From the IMG/VR virus record IMGVR_UViG_3300034346_000019, positions 1 through 52,767 of that record: 52,767 nucleotides of DNA; one strand, written 5' to 3'. The position numbers and the translations under genes were made by a program. The notes beneath the pieces are model-generated. The model did no database searches. It saw nothing but the letters and a program-made list of their open reading frames with translations, and had not been told where the DNA came from. Of the stretch, positions 28,318 to 36,159 are shown one piece after another (position 1 is the stretch's first letter; every line of letters begins with the position of its first letter). The DNA comes from a virus.

Positions 28318-29469
28318 TTAGTAATCAGGTGTGTTTTCAATAATATCACGCTTATACACACCTGTTGTTTCTTTCAAATAAATATCCGTCATTTTAGCGG
28401 AGCTATGCCCATACTGATTCTGTATGGATTCTTTGCTTACCCCAGCAACGTATTTATCGTCACCGCCTTTTCGCTTGTATGAATACATAGTTACATCAAT
28501 TCCTAAGCCTTTTTTTACGATTCTTCTCCAGCGTTTTGTAGCGGTGTCTGTTTTAATTGGAGTTGGCGCGGGTATAAAATCAATAAACTTTCCAACGTTT
28601 CCGCGTCCGCGCTCTCTATAGCTTCCAAACAAATAAAAATCTTTTGGATATTTATGCAATTCCATTGATAATAAAATAGTTTTTAACCCTCTAGGAATAA
28701 CTACATTTCTTTTTTTAGTCCCCGATTTAGTGATCTTTGGTGGTAACCTTATTTCGTTGTTATCAAGATTAATCATTTCTAATTGAATAGAAAGTATTTC
28801 AGAAGGACGTATACCTGTATAGTACTCGGTAGCAATGAAGTTGTTGAAATACGGATAAAAACCGCTTAACTCGTTCTTAATTACCTCGTGATCCTCGTTA
28901 GTTGGCTTTTCGTGTAGTGTACTTTCTTCTTCTGGAAGCCTGTCAATTAGATAGACAGGATTGTGCTCTATAATATCCCATTTAAGAACTTCAACAATAA
29001 CCGCGCTTAAGTAATTAAGATTTTTGTTATACGATTTGTTTGACCATTTAAATTCTTCTTTTGCTTTTTCCGCTAGAGTTCGTATGTGAACACGTTTCAC
29101 TTCTTTAACCGAAAGATCATTCCAAGATAGAAGGTTTACAATTTTTCTAAAAGAAGAAACTGTGCCTTTATATCCTGAGAATGTTTTTTTTGCTAAGCGG
29201 TCTTTTTTCTTATCCAGCGCAAAATTCAAGGCTTCGACAAAAGTCATTTCTTTTTTTGCTTGGACTTTAATAAGTGGATTCCAGCCATTTTTTAGCTTGT
29301 CGTGCAATGCTTTTTTTAAGATGTTTGCGTGTATTTCGCGCTCTTTTAGGCATTCGATACGGTTGATTCCGTACTTATACACTTTCTTTTTTCCTTGATA
29401 GCGGGTGTAGATGTACCATCCTTCAGCTGCTTTACATAGCTTAGGCACTGTGAAAATTGATTTTTCCAT
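28318..29469 (-). CDS. int: Tyrosine recombinase / phage integrase (Bacteroidota type)
   Basis: 383 aa; N-terminal arm/SAM-like region, YTGIRPSEIL (catalytic Arg box), C-terminal GHSSAKMTDIYL (His...Tyr). Confidence 0.9.
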   Translation of the reverse strand: MEKSIFTVPKLCKAAEGWYIYTRYQGKKKVYKYGINRIECLKEREIHANILKKALHDKLKNGWNPLIKVQAKKEMTFVEALNFALDKKKDRLAKKTFSGYKGTVSSFRKIVNLLSWNDLSVKEVKRVHIRTLAEKAKEEFKWSNKSYNKNLNYLSAVIVEVLKWDIIEHNPVYLIDRLPEEESTLHEKPTNEDHEVIKNELSGFYPYFNNFIATEYYTGIRPSEILSIQLEMINLDNNEIRLPPKITKSGTKKRNVVIPRGLKTILLSMELHKYPKDFYLFGSYRERGRGNVGKFIDFIPAPTPIKTDTATKRWRRIVKKGLGIDVTMYSYKRKGGDDKYVAGVSKESIQNQYGHSSAKMTDIYLKETTGVYKRDIIENTPDY

Positions 29470-29528
29470 TTTAATTTAGTTTTAATTAAAATGCTTGCGG
29501 AAACTTGAAAGATCAATAAATAATAAAT

Positions 29529-29715
29529 GTACACTATTTGTACACACTTTTTAAAATTTGTTTTATAACTAGCTAATAAATAGCTAGTTATAAAACTTAG
29601 CGGAGAAAGAGGGATACTCTATCCGCATATCTTAAAAAGTTATTTAGCTGATATTCAAGTGGTTGAAGTATTTTAATTTGGTTAATTTTGACGGTTTTGT
29701 ACACGGTTTGTACAC
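29529..29715. other. Candidate attP: paired TTGTACAC arm-type repeats flanking a 16-bp palindrome and a tRNA-3'-end-like core
   Basis: (T)TGTACAC at 29529, 29539, 29697, 29708 (11-nt phasing within pairs); palindrome 29561..29596; GCGGAGAAAGAGGGAT at 29600..29615. Confidence 0.5.
29561..29596. repeat. Perfect 16-bp inverted repeat with a 4-nt loop (GTTTTATAACTAGCTA-ATAA-TAGCTAGTTATAAAAC)
   Basis: Read directly. Confidence 0.95.
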
Positions 29716-29778
29716 GATTTAAACCAAATTAAAGGAAAATATTTGAGTATTGCAAATTGTAGTTTTTGCACATTGCTA

Positions 29779-29803
29779 TATTCGTTTTAAAACTTCCGTA
29801 TAT
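29779..29803 (-). repeat. Copy B (minus orientation) of the ATATACGGAAGTTTTAAAACGAATA element
   Basis: Reverse complement matches 27071..27097. Confidence 0.85.
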
Positions 29804-29867
29804 TTTTTTAACATTTATTTAAGAGAATTATAAATATAATATACTGTTAGTTAGGTATTTGTGAAAG

Positions 29868-29877
29868 TTCCGTATAT
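29868..29877 (-). repeat. Copy C (core ATATACGGAA, minus orientation)
   Basis: 10-nt core identical to the other copies; flanks differ. Confidence 0.6.
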
Positions 29878-29894
29878 ACTTATGTTAGTAGCAA

Positions 29895-30245
29895 TTAAAT
29901 TTTACTACTTCGTGCTATTCTGCCAAGACTTTCAAGAGATTTATTCATTTTATCGCTATCCCAGCGTTCTTGGTAAAATTCCACCGCCCAATTACTTGGG
30001 TGCATATATTTCAAAAACACATCTTTTTTTAAAATTGTCAGGTATAAACAATAACTTTCGTAGTCAAAAGTCCATTGGTCTTCGTTGTTTTCTGTTTTTA
30101 AAAACTGTGCTATAAATCTCTTGAAATTGCTTAACCCCCAAAGGTATTTGTTAGCTAATTCAATTCCGTGCCTTAAATTGTCCGTTTCTATTTGGTTAAT
30201 TTCTTCCAATTCCTTTGGGTTGTCTAATTCATTATATTCTTTCAT
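29895..30245 (-). CDS. Hypothetical protein (116 aa)
   Basis: Leftward ORF, preferred over the antisense 29861..30115. Confidence 0.55.
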   Translation of the reverse strand: MKEYNELDNPKELEEINQIETDNLRHGIELANKYLWGLSNFKRFIAQFLKTENNEDQWTFDYESYCLYLTILKKDVFLKYMHPSNWAVEFYQERWDSDKMNKSLESLGRIARSSKI

Positions 30246-30291
30246 ATCGTAAAATTTAACAGTTCGCTTCGCCTACTAACACGCTATATAA

Positions 30292-30624
30292 TTAATGCTC
30301 GTTCAGTTTTTCATAGTAAAATTTACCATCAAAAGGTTTGAAAGAAATAATACCATACTTCATTGCAAGTCTTACTATAAATGGTTTTTTAATCCTTTCA
30401 GTTATTGTGGCTAATTGCTGTTTAAATTGGTCAAGGCTAAATGTACTTTTATAGAAATTGCATTGCCTACAAGATGGGTTGTAATTCTCAATATCGTCTT
30501 TCCCACCTAAGTATTTAGCCTCTATATGGTCAACTTGCATTTTCTTGTATTCCAAATCTTCGCCACAATAGGCACATTTGCAATTATATTTCTTCCAAAC
30601 CTTTTCTCGTAGTTCCGTTTTCAT
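30292..30624 (-). CDS. HNH endonuclease
   Basis: CKCAYCG...VDHIEAKYLGGKDDIENYNPSCRQCNFYK (Cys4 plus HNH His/Asn). Confidence 0.8.
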   Translation of the reverse strand: MKTELREKVWKKYNCKCAYCGEDLEYKKMQVDHIEAKYLGGKDDIENYNPSCRQCNFYKSTFSLDQFKQQLATITERIKKPFIVRLAMKYGIISFKPFDGKFYYEKLNEH

Positions 30625-30810
30625 AATTAAATTTTGTGTTTAAATTGCGCACTAATCATATACAACTAAGTTGTAAACAATGCTACAACTTTGCTAATAA
30701 TTCATCAAGTTTAGAATTTAACGAATCTAGCCTATCAGAATTTGAGTAGGTCAATAAAGTTTCGTCAACGTCTTTTAGTTGCTCTTTAGTTAGGGTTTTG
30801 CTTATTTCAA

Positions 30811-31005
30811 TCAATTCTTAGCGAGTTCTAACGTATCGTTTTTGGTTCTATTCTGCCATAATTCTACGATTTGATTATCAGAAAGCACTTCAATTATTGT
30901 TGCACGCTTGTTGAATGCAGACATGTGTCTATTACTAGAGTTTCTAGTTTCTACTAAGACATTTACTTTAAATTCGTTTGTTTGTACTTTTGCGTTTTCT
31001 TTCAT
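30811..31005 (-). CDS. Hypothetical protein (64 aa)
   Basis: Preceded by the conserved 26-nt leader repeat. Confidence 0.5.
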   Translation of the reverse strand: MKENAKVQTNEFKVNVLVETRNSSNRHMSAFNKRATIIEVLSDNQIVELWQNRTKNDTLELAKN

Positions 31006-31028
31006 AATCTATTTTTTAATTGTGGCGT
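31003..31028 (-). repeat. Conserved leader copy 1 (minus strand: ACGCCACAATTAAAAAATAGATTATG)
   Basis: Matches 31884..31910 except for a 1-nt indel. Confidence 0.85.
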
Positions 31029-31068
31029 GTAAATATTTCGGTTTTTTGATTGGTCATGGTCTTTCTAA

Positions 31069-31266
31069 TTAAAGCGCATACCAAACAACGTGATTGATAT
31101 TAAGATTAATTTCAATACATCTGCCTAATGTATTAAATGAGTTATCAGGATTGGCGTTCACTTTTATAAAATAATCTCCTTGTGTCTTTGCATTTTTTAT
31201 CAAATTTTCAAATTCTTCGTAAGTTTCCTCAATAGATATTTTTCCCGTTGATAGTTTTACTTGCAT
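31069..31266 (-). CDS. Hypothetical protein (65 aa)
   Basis: Co-oriented leftward ORF. Confidence 0.5.
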   Translation of the reverse strand: MQVKLSTGKISIEETYEEFENLIKNAKTQGDYFIKVNANPDNSFNTLGRCIEINLNINHVVWYAL

Positions 31267-31282
31267 GTTGTTTTAATTTTAG

Positions 31283-31441
31283 TTACTGTTTAATTCCTTC
31301 TATAAAAGAGTCTAGGTCTTCAATAGTTTCTAAAAGGTTCTGTTTTAATTCTTCAGCTTGTGCTTTATAATACACAGTTGTTTCTAATTCATCAGTCTTT
31401 ACTTCCATGAAACTATTGATGTATCTTTTTGTTTTTAACAT
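31283..31441 (-). CDS. Hypothetical small protein (52 aa)
   Basis: ATG preceded by the AAAATAGGATTATG context shared by neighbouring leftward genes. Confidence 0.4.
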   Translation of the reverse strand: MLKTKRYINSFMEVKTDELETTVYYKAQAEELKQNLLETIEDLDSFIEGIKQ

Positions 31442-31453
31442 AATCCTATTTTT

Positions 31454-31603
31454 TTAATTAGTCACGGGAATGTTTAATTGTTCCCTAACCTTATTTAATG
31501 TTTTTATAGCCTCGTTTACTTCTTCGAAATTATCACCTTCATAACTCGCATCTATTCCGCAGTTGTTTATATCGTTTTCTAGTTCATTTAAAAGCTCTTT
31601 CAT
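31454..31603 (-). CDS. Hypothetical small protein (49 aa)
   Basis: Same AAAATAGGATTATG start context. Confidence 0.4.
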   Translation of the reverse strand: MKELLNELENDINNCGIDASYEGDNFEEVNEAIKTLNKVREQLNIPVTN

Positions 31604-31697
31604 AATCCTATTTTATATTCTTCAATAAGATCATCTAGCCCAAACTCGTCCATATTATTAATCCAACTTAAACATAGTTCTCTTTTTTCTTCTTCTG

Positions 31698-31886
31698 TCA
31701 TTGGTTCTTGGTTTTTTGTTTGTTAACAAAATCTAAAGCGTTACCGTAGGCGTTTTTTAATGAGTTCCCTCTACCTAAGACATTTTTATCATACACATTA
31801 TCGTAGACAACAAAATCTTTGTTGTAGCCTAAATTTAAACAGTAAGCGCCTGAGTGTATTTTTATTAAATCGTCTCTTACCTTCAT
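31698..31886 (-). CDS. Hypothetical protein (62 aa)
   Basis: Start moved from 31919 to ATG 31886, because the conserved leader repeat sits immediately upstream of the internal ATG. Confidence 0.5.
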   Translation of the reverse strand: MKVRDDLIKIHSGAYCLNLGYNKDFVVYDNVYDKNVLGRGNSLKNAYGNALDFVNKQKTKNQ

Positions 31887-31910
31887 AATCCTATTTTTTA
31901 ATTGTGGCGT
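31884..31910 (-). repeat. Conserved leader copy 2 (minus strand: ACGCCACAATTAAAAAATAGGATTATG)
   Basis: See 31003..31028. Confidence 0.85.
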
Positions 31911-31934
31911 ATTCGCCATGTTAAGGTGTTTTGT

Positions 31935-32172
31935 TTAATATACCGAACTGCTAGCAAACCCGAAAATATCTTTCCTAATATGGTTCATTGTCTCTTTTTT
32001 GTGCTTAACTCTAGTGATGGAATTTTCTTTATATCTCCTATGCTTCATTATTTTAGCACATTTTTTAGAACACCGTGATCTATTTATGTTTGTATAGTAA
32101 GAAGTTCCGGCACTCGCATTGCTTTTCTTTTAAGTCAAAATCGTGTTTGTATTTGCTTGTTAAATAATCCAT
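31935..32172 (-). pseudogene. Possible frameshifted Cys4 zinc-ribbon gene (two half-ORFs in different frames)
   Basis: Frame 1 is MDYLTSKYKHDFDLKEKQCEC...stop at 32080. The +1 frame continues GTSYYTNINRSRCSKKCAKIMKH... to 31935. Confidence 0.3.
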
Positions 32173-32202
32173 AATCTTAGTTTTTGTCTATTGTGTTAGG
32201 TG

Positions 32203-32442
32203 TTAAGGCTTTATTTTTAACCAAAATTCATTTTTAACTTCCTTTATTTGATCCTCAGTAAGTAAGTGGTTATAGTTGCCTGTAAGTGGTTTTCTTTTTC
32301 CTTTTGGCGTTAAAGTTGTGTTTATATCGTATCTAAACTTATTATCGTTTATATCAGTTTCCCACTCATTTTTAGTTATCCAAAGTGATACGTGGATAGT
32401 TAATTTTCCTTGATTGTGTTTTATTATTTTTTCGTGATTCAT
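32203..32442 (-). CDS. Hypothetical protein (79 aa)
   Basis: Co-oriented leftward ORF. Confidence 0.55.
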   Translation of the reverse strand: MNHEKIIKHNQGKLTIHVSLWITKNEWETDINDNKFRYDINTTLTPKGKRKPLTGNYNHLLTEDQIKEVKNEFWLKIKP

Positions 32443-32464
32443 GGTGTTTTAGTTTTATTAGGTG

Positions 32465-32632
32465 TTAAGCTATTTTTTGAAACTCTGAAATATCAACGCT
32501 TTTTACGTATTTTCCCGTTTCAACCATCTTTATATTCGCTTTCCCTCCAAAATTAACACTCATTACCTCCACTGCGTCACAACCCCATGAAACAATTTCG
32601 TTTACATTAGGAATCCAGTTTTTACCTTCCAT
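32465..32632 (-). CDS. Hypothetical protein (55 aa)
   Basis: The track start 32674 is TTG and overlaps a promoter; ATG 32632 (MEGKNW) is preferred. Confidence 0.5.
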   Translation of the reverse strand: MEGKNWIPNVNEIVSWGCDAVEVMSVNFGGKANIKMVETGKYVKSVDISEFQKIA

Positions 32633-32671
32633 AATTATTTGATTTAGATTGATTGCTTCATTGCAACAGTA

Positions 32672-32703
32672 CAAATATAAGTCAAATATACAAACTACAC
32701 AAA
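32672..32703 (-). promoter_or_regulatory. Internal leftward promoter TTTG-N20-TATATTTG (minus strand); a second TATATTTG lies at 32683..32690
   Basis: Plus strand shows CAAATATA at 32672..32679 and CAAA at 32700..32703. Confidence 0.5.
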
Positions 32704-32716
32704 TAAAAAGTGATAA

Positions 32717-32995
32717 TTATTTAATTATTATGTATTTATGTTTAAACTTTATTTTAAGTTTTTTACATATCTTATTAAGATTAGGGTTGCTTAACAGCGT
32801 GTCACTTTCGCCTTTAGAAACCGCCTTTATATTATTATAGGTTGTTTGACTCACGAAATACTTATGTTTCTTTAAATCCCTTAGTTTGAAGGAGGTTAAA
32901 TTTTCTTTTACCATATCGGCATCAATTAACGCGAGTAGGTATTTATAAAAATCCTTTGTGCTTAGTTCAACTTCTTTGTTTTTATTTTCTTCCAT
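32717..32995 (-). CDS. Putative HTH (XRE-like) regulator (92 aa)
   Basis: KLRDLKKHKYFVSQTTYNNIKAVSKGESDTLLSNPNLNKICKKLKI resembles an HTH_XRE core; heads a leftward operon divergent from a rightward promoter. Confidence 0.5.
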   Translation of the reverse strand: MEENKNKEVELSTKDFYKYLLALIDADMVKENLTSFKLRDLKKHKYFVSQTTYNNIKAVSKGESDTLLSNPNLNKICKKLKIKFKHKYIIIK

Positions 32996-33049
32996 AAAAC
33001 AAAGATACTTAAAAAATAAATAACATCACTAAAAATAAACTCAAATACA

Positions 33050-33081
33050 TTTGGTATCGTTAAATAAAAGTGATATATTTG
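33050..33081 (+). promoter_or_regulatory. Rightward promoter TTTG-N20-TATATTTG
   Basis: TTTG 33050..33053; TATATTTG 33074..33081. Confidence 0.6.
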
Positions 33082-33119
33082 TACCAACAAAAACAGATAG
33101 TCACACAAAACTAAATATT

Positions 33120-33335
33120 ATGAAAACAGAATTACTAAATCAATTAAAAGCAGATACAGAGTTATTGATGGGGAATGACTCAGTTGTTAATTTTGAATCG
33201 ATTGGGAATATATGTTTTGAATTTGAAATGTCAACAATAAAACAGGCAAATAGATTATTTAGATTATGGAGAAGAGGATTTCGAAGTTGGACTATTGAAA
33301 AAAAAGGAAGAAAAGTAAAAGTAAGAATGTATTAG
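33120..33335 (+). CDS. Hypothetical protein (71 aa)
   Basis: The track ORF starts at TTG 33051 inside the promoter; ATG 33120 (MKTELLNQ) is preferred. Confidence 0.5.
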   Translation: MKTELLNQLKADTELLMGNDSVVNFESIGNICFEFEMSTIKQANRLFRLWRRGFRSWTIEKKGRKVKVRMY

Positions 33336-33347
33336 AAAAAAAATAGT

Positions 33348-33629
33348 ATGCAAGAATTAGAACAATTAGAACAAATGTTAGCTCTTTTAAAAAACATAAA
33401 AAGAGCTAACGTTAAGAAGGGAAAACTAAGCGATAAATTAGCTAAAATGGATCATTACAATTCTACTCCAAAAAGAATAGGGGCAGCTAACGCAAATCTA
33501 AATTGGGAGTGTATGAACTACGATAAATTAAAAGTAGATTTCGCAAGACTGTTTAAAGACTCTTGTTTAGATGTTGGAGTTTCTGAAAGAGAGTACAACC
33601 CTAGCGGATTTCATTCTTTTAAATATTAA
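33348..33629 (+). CDS. Hypothetical protein (93 aa)
   Basis: Co-oriented ORF. Confidence 0.55.
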   Translation: MQELEQLEQMLALLKNIKRANVKKGKLSDKLAKMDHYNSTPKRIGAANANLNWECMNYDKLKVDFARLFKDSCLDVGVSEREYNPSGFHSFKY

Positions 33630-33695
33630 AACCAAACACCAACCATACTAACAATATGGTTGGTTAATAAAATATAAACTTAAAAATATAGAATT

Positions 33696-34034
33696 ATGGA
33701 AAAAAAATTGATAGACTTAACACAGCGAATTTTTTATTTATCTGTAGAAGTTTCAAATAAAACAGATTGGAAAACAACCTTTAGCTATAATAGCGGAATG
33801 TACCTGACATTTTACCTATATAAAGAAGGTTGGAGGTATGATGATTATATTGAAGCGGAAATAGCAATGCCTTGTGCTGAGTATCCATTTAAAAAAGGAA
33901 TTAGGACAATTGAATCCGCAATAGACAGGAGTAGAAACGTTGTGTATCAACTTACACGAATACTTAAAGGTAATGAGTTAAATCACGATAAACTAAATAG
34001 AGTAGAGCGTGTTGAATATGATATTGTTTTTTAA
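33696..34034 (+). CDS. Hypothetical protein (112 aa)
   Basis: Co-oriented ORF. Confidence 0.55.
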   Translation: MEKKLIDLTQRIFYLSVEVSNKTDWKTTFSYNSGMYLTFYLYKEGWRYDDYIEAEIAMPCAEYPFKKGIRTIESAIDRSRNVVYQLTRILKGNELNHDKLNRVERVEYDIVF

Positions 34035-34090
34035 AGATACAAACAACTAACACCCATTACATTAATATAGTAGGTTAAAACTGAAATGAT

Positions 34091-34351
34091 ATGATTAACG
34101 AAAGAATATATAATAATGTTTTAAAAAAACTGATTAGTAAAAAAGATGAATTAGATGGTGTTTTGTATCAAATGGAGCTTTTTTTTCAGCCTTATTTTAA
34201 AGACGAAATCTACATAACTCATCAGCCGAGCGATGGATTTGTCATTGTGGTTGTTTTTGAGGGCAATGAGCCAAGTAATATTAATTTATGTGAAGCAAAA
34301 AGAATTATAGAGCTAGATCCCTATCACTATTTAGATTGTGATTTTAAATAA
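34091..34351 (+). CDS. Hypothetical protein (86 aa)
   Basis: Co-oriented ORF. Confidence 0.55.
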   Translation: MINERIYNNVLKKLISKKDELDGVLYQMELFFQPYFKDEIYITHQPSDGFVIVVVFEGNEPSNINLCEAKRIIELDPYHYLDCDFK

Positions 34352-34375
34352 TTAACAGTATAAAGCTGAAACGAT

Positions 34376-34543
34376 ATGGGAAATAAAATAGAACTTGAGT
34401 TAACAGAATTAGAATTTAATGCGCTTACTAGCGTAGTTAGTTCGGCTTCGGCTATGCTTGAAGAGTGTTTAATTTCTCAAAAAGAAATAAAAGCAATTGA
34501 TAGGATGCTGAAAAAGAACGGATATAAAAGAAATTTTAATTAA
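34376..34543 (+). CDS. Hypothetical small protein (55 aa)
   Basis: ATG 34376 to TAA 34543; fills a gap. Confidence 0.4.
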   Translation: MGNKIELELTELEFNALTSVVSSASAMLEECLISQKEIKAIDRMLKKNGYKRNFN

Positions 34544-34562
34544 AAGCAACAAATTATAAATT

Positions 34563-34757
34563 ATGAAAAAAGAATCAACAGGTTTTTGCACAACGTGTCC
34601 AAGTGAAGAAGAAATATTTTTTGGCGACACAATCAAAGTAGTAGATGGTGCGCATGTTTTTAATACTGCAGTAGTAGAAAAAACAAAAGGCTTTGCTACT
34701 GTGGAGGGTGATTTACTGAGCGAATGGCTAGACGGAGAATATAGAGTAATAAAATAG
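34563..34757 (+). CDS. Hypothetical protein (64 aa)
   Basis: Preferred over the antisense 34469..34843. Confidence 0.5.
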   Translation: MKKESTGFCTTCPSEEEIFFGDTIKVVDGAHVFNTAVVEKTKGFATVEGDLLSEWLDGEYRVIK

Positions 34758-34759
34758 TT

Positions 34760-35116
34760 ATGGAAAACAGAACACGCGAATACGATTTTTGCATTAGAAC
34801 TTTTGAAGGCTTCACAGGTAAAGAAAAAATTACTTTCAAGCATGGAAAAGATACTGAAATTATCTACGAAAAAGAATCCTACGATTGGTATATAATAGTA
34901 GCAATTGAAAAATGCGATCTAATAAAAGAAGATAGACACCTTATAACACGTGAATTAGTTCTATCATACCGTTGGGCGATTCGTGAAGGATATAATCATC
35001 AATTAGACAGAAGCCTTCAAAACGCGTTCGATAGACCACGAAATCGAAACACTATTAAAGGTGTGAAAGGTTATATTGAATTGATTGAAAAGAAGTCTAA
35101 AGCAAATGAATCTTAA
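34760..35116 (+). CDS. Hypothetical protein (118 aa)
   Basis: Co-oriented ORF. Confidence 0.6.
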   Translation: MENRTREYDFCIRTFEGFTGKEKITFKHGKDTEIIYEKESYDWYIIVAIEKCDLIKEDRHLITRELVLSYRWAIREGYNHQLDRSLQNAFDRPRNRNTIKGVKGYIELIEKKSKANES

Positions 35117-35127
35117 AAACTAAAACC

Positions 35128-35277
35128 ATGAATAATTATCAAATAGCTATATCACTAATAGTATTTATCATCATTATGATTATAGTAATTAATTACTTAA
35201 TCAATATACGTATAGAATTGAAATACAGAAACACGCTGCTAGAAGAACAAAACGAAATACTGAGAAGTAAACAGTAA
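35128..35277 (+). CDS. Small single-pass membrane protein (49 aa)
   Basis: TAAAAACTAAAACCATG junction; IAISLIVFIIIMIIVINYLI. Confidence 0.4.
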   Translation: MNNYQIAISLIVFIIIMIIVINYLINIRIELKYRNTLLEEQNEILRSKQ

Positions 35278-35291
35278 AATAACAAGCTCAA

Positions 35292-35307
35292 TTACGGTTT
35301 CCCGTAA
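35292..35307 (+). terminator. Small hairpin TTACGG-TTTC-CCGTAA
   Basis: 6-bp stem 15 nt after the stop at 35277. Confidence 0.35.
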
Positions 35308-35355
35308 ATATTACTGCACAATTTAATGTTTATTTACAGCCTTTGACAATTATAC

Positions 35356-35383
35356 ACCATTTTGTTGGCGTTAACAAAATGGT
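35356..35383. other. Hairpin with an 11-bp perfect stem (ACCATTTTGTT / AACAAAATGGT)
   Basis: Read directly; lies upstream of 35418. Confidence 0.6.
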
Positions 35384-35417
35384 AAAACACCAATAAATTA
35401 AAACCAATCAATATTCT

Positions 35418-35723
35418 ATGAGTAATCAAATAATCCATGAAGGCGAAATAACTTTAGGCGAAACGGTTATTTCTTGTTACGTACTAAAAGACGGCACAAG
35501 AGTACTTTCTGGACGCGGTATGCAAGAGGCTTTGAGCATGGTCGATGAAGTCGAAGAGGGTAAGCAAAAAGCTGGGACCAGATTGACCAGATATTTAGGT
35601 CAAAAATCTCTTAAACCCTTTATTTACAAGGGAAAGGAGCTGGACCACTTCGACAGGCTTATTTTCCCACACAGAAAACTTACATTATTTTTTAAAAGCG
35701 GGGGAAAATACCTGTTTTTTTGA
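35418..35723 (+). pseudogene. N-terminal fragment of a P63C-domain-like phage protein (truncated)
   Basis: GEITLGETVISCYVLKDGTRVLSGRGMQEAL...LGQKSLKPFI matches the P63C-family N-terminus as I recall it. The frame then degenerates (RLIFPHRKLTLFFKSGGKYLFF*) and is followed by 265 nt of non-coding AT-rich DNA. Confidence 0.45.
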
Positions 35724-35952
35724 AACTACGGGAATTGAACGGATATTTTATGTAGATTAACAGATTAAATAGGTACATTACAACATAGTAAGGTAAAACC
35801 GTAACATTAATACGGTATTCAAATAAAACAACAAATACGCTAAATATACATGAAAATATTATGTATTATTGACGTGTTGAAATAATAATTAATCAACAAC
35901 GGATAGTGAATAAAAGAAAGTGATATTGCTAAAAACCAAACGATTAACGTGT

Positions 35953-35960
35953 TATTTTTG
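35953..35960 (+). promoter_or_regulatory. -7 box TATTTTTG upstream of the envelope-protein cassette
   Basis: Matches TAnnTTTG, 29 nt before ATG 35989; -33 element poor. Confidence 0.35.
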
Positions 35961-35988
35961 AGGTGTAAAAATCTTAAATCAGCATATA

Positions 35989-36159
35989 ATGAAAAAATCA
36001 ATACTATTATTAGCAGTACTATTTAGCCTTTCTTTTATCTCTTGTACGGACAACCTAGCAGAAGATGAATCAATCAATGAACAAATCGAACTTACCGACA
36101 AAGGAAACGTTGGAAGTCCAGGGAATGACGGCGGAGACGACGAGGATTCGGACGACTAA
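35989..36159 (+). CDS. Small acidic lipoprotein (56 aa)
   Basis: MKKSILLLAVLFSLSFISC lipobox, then a D/E-rich tail; 57 codons. Confidence 0.5.
   Translation: MKKSILLLAVLFSLSFISCTDNLAEDESINEQIELTDKGNVGSPGNDGGDDEDSDD

Noticed and set aside
29600-29627. Possible tRNA gene at the attP core
   Set aside because: Only about 16 nt resemble a tRNA 3' end (T-stem half plus acceptor strand). No D-arm, anticodon arm or complete T-loop is present. I treat it as an attP core candidate, not an RNA gene. I saw no full cloverleaf in any other non-coding gap.
29861-30115. 84-aa plus-strand ORF, plus minus ORF 29346..29534 and plus ORFs 28424..28621 and 29162..29398 overlapping int
   Set aside because: 29861..30115 is antisense to the more protein-like 29895..30245 (-). 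The others are embedded in, or overlap the start of, the integrase gene.
30661-30690. 15-nt palindrome TACAACTAAGTTGTA plus a third TACAACT upstream of the HNH gene
   Set aside because: It is short and AT-rich with no associated promoter box. It may be an operator, but the evidence is too thin to promote it to a finding.
34469-34843. 124-aa minus-strand ORF
   Set aside because: It is antisense to three compact plus-strand ORFs (34376, 34563, 34760) within a uniformly rightward operon.
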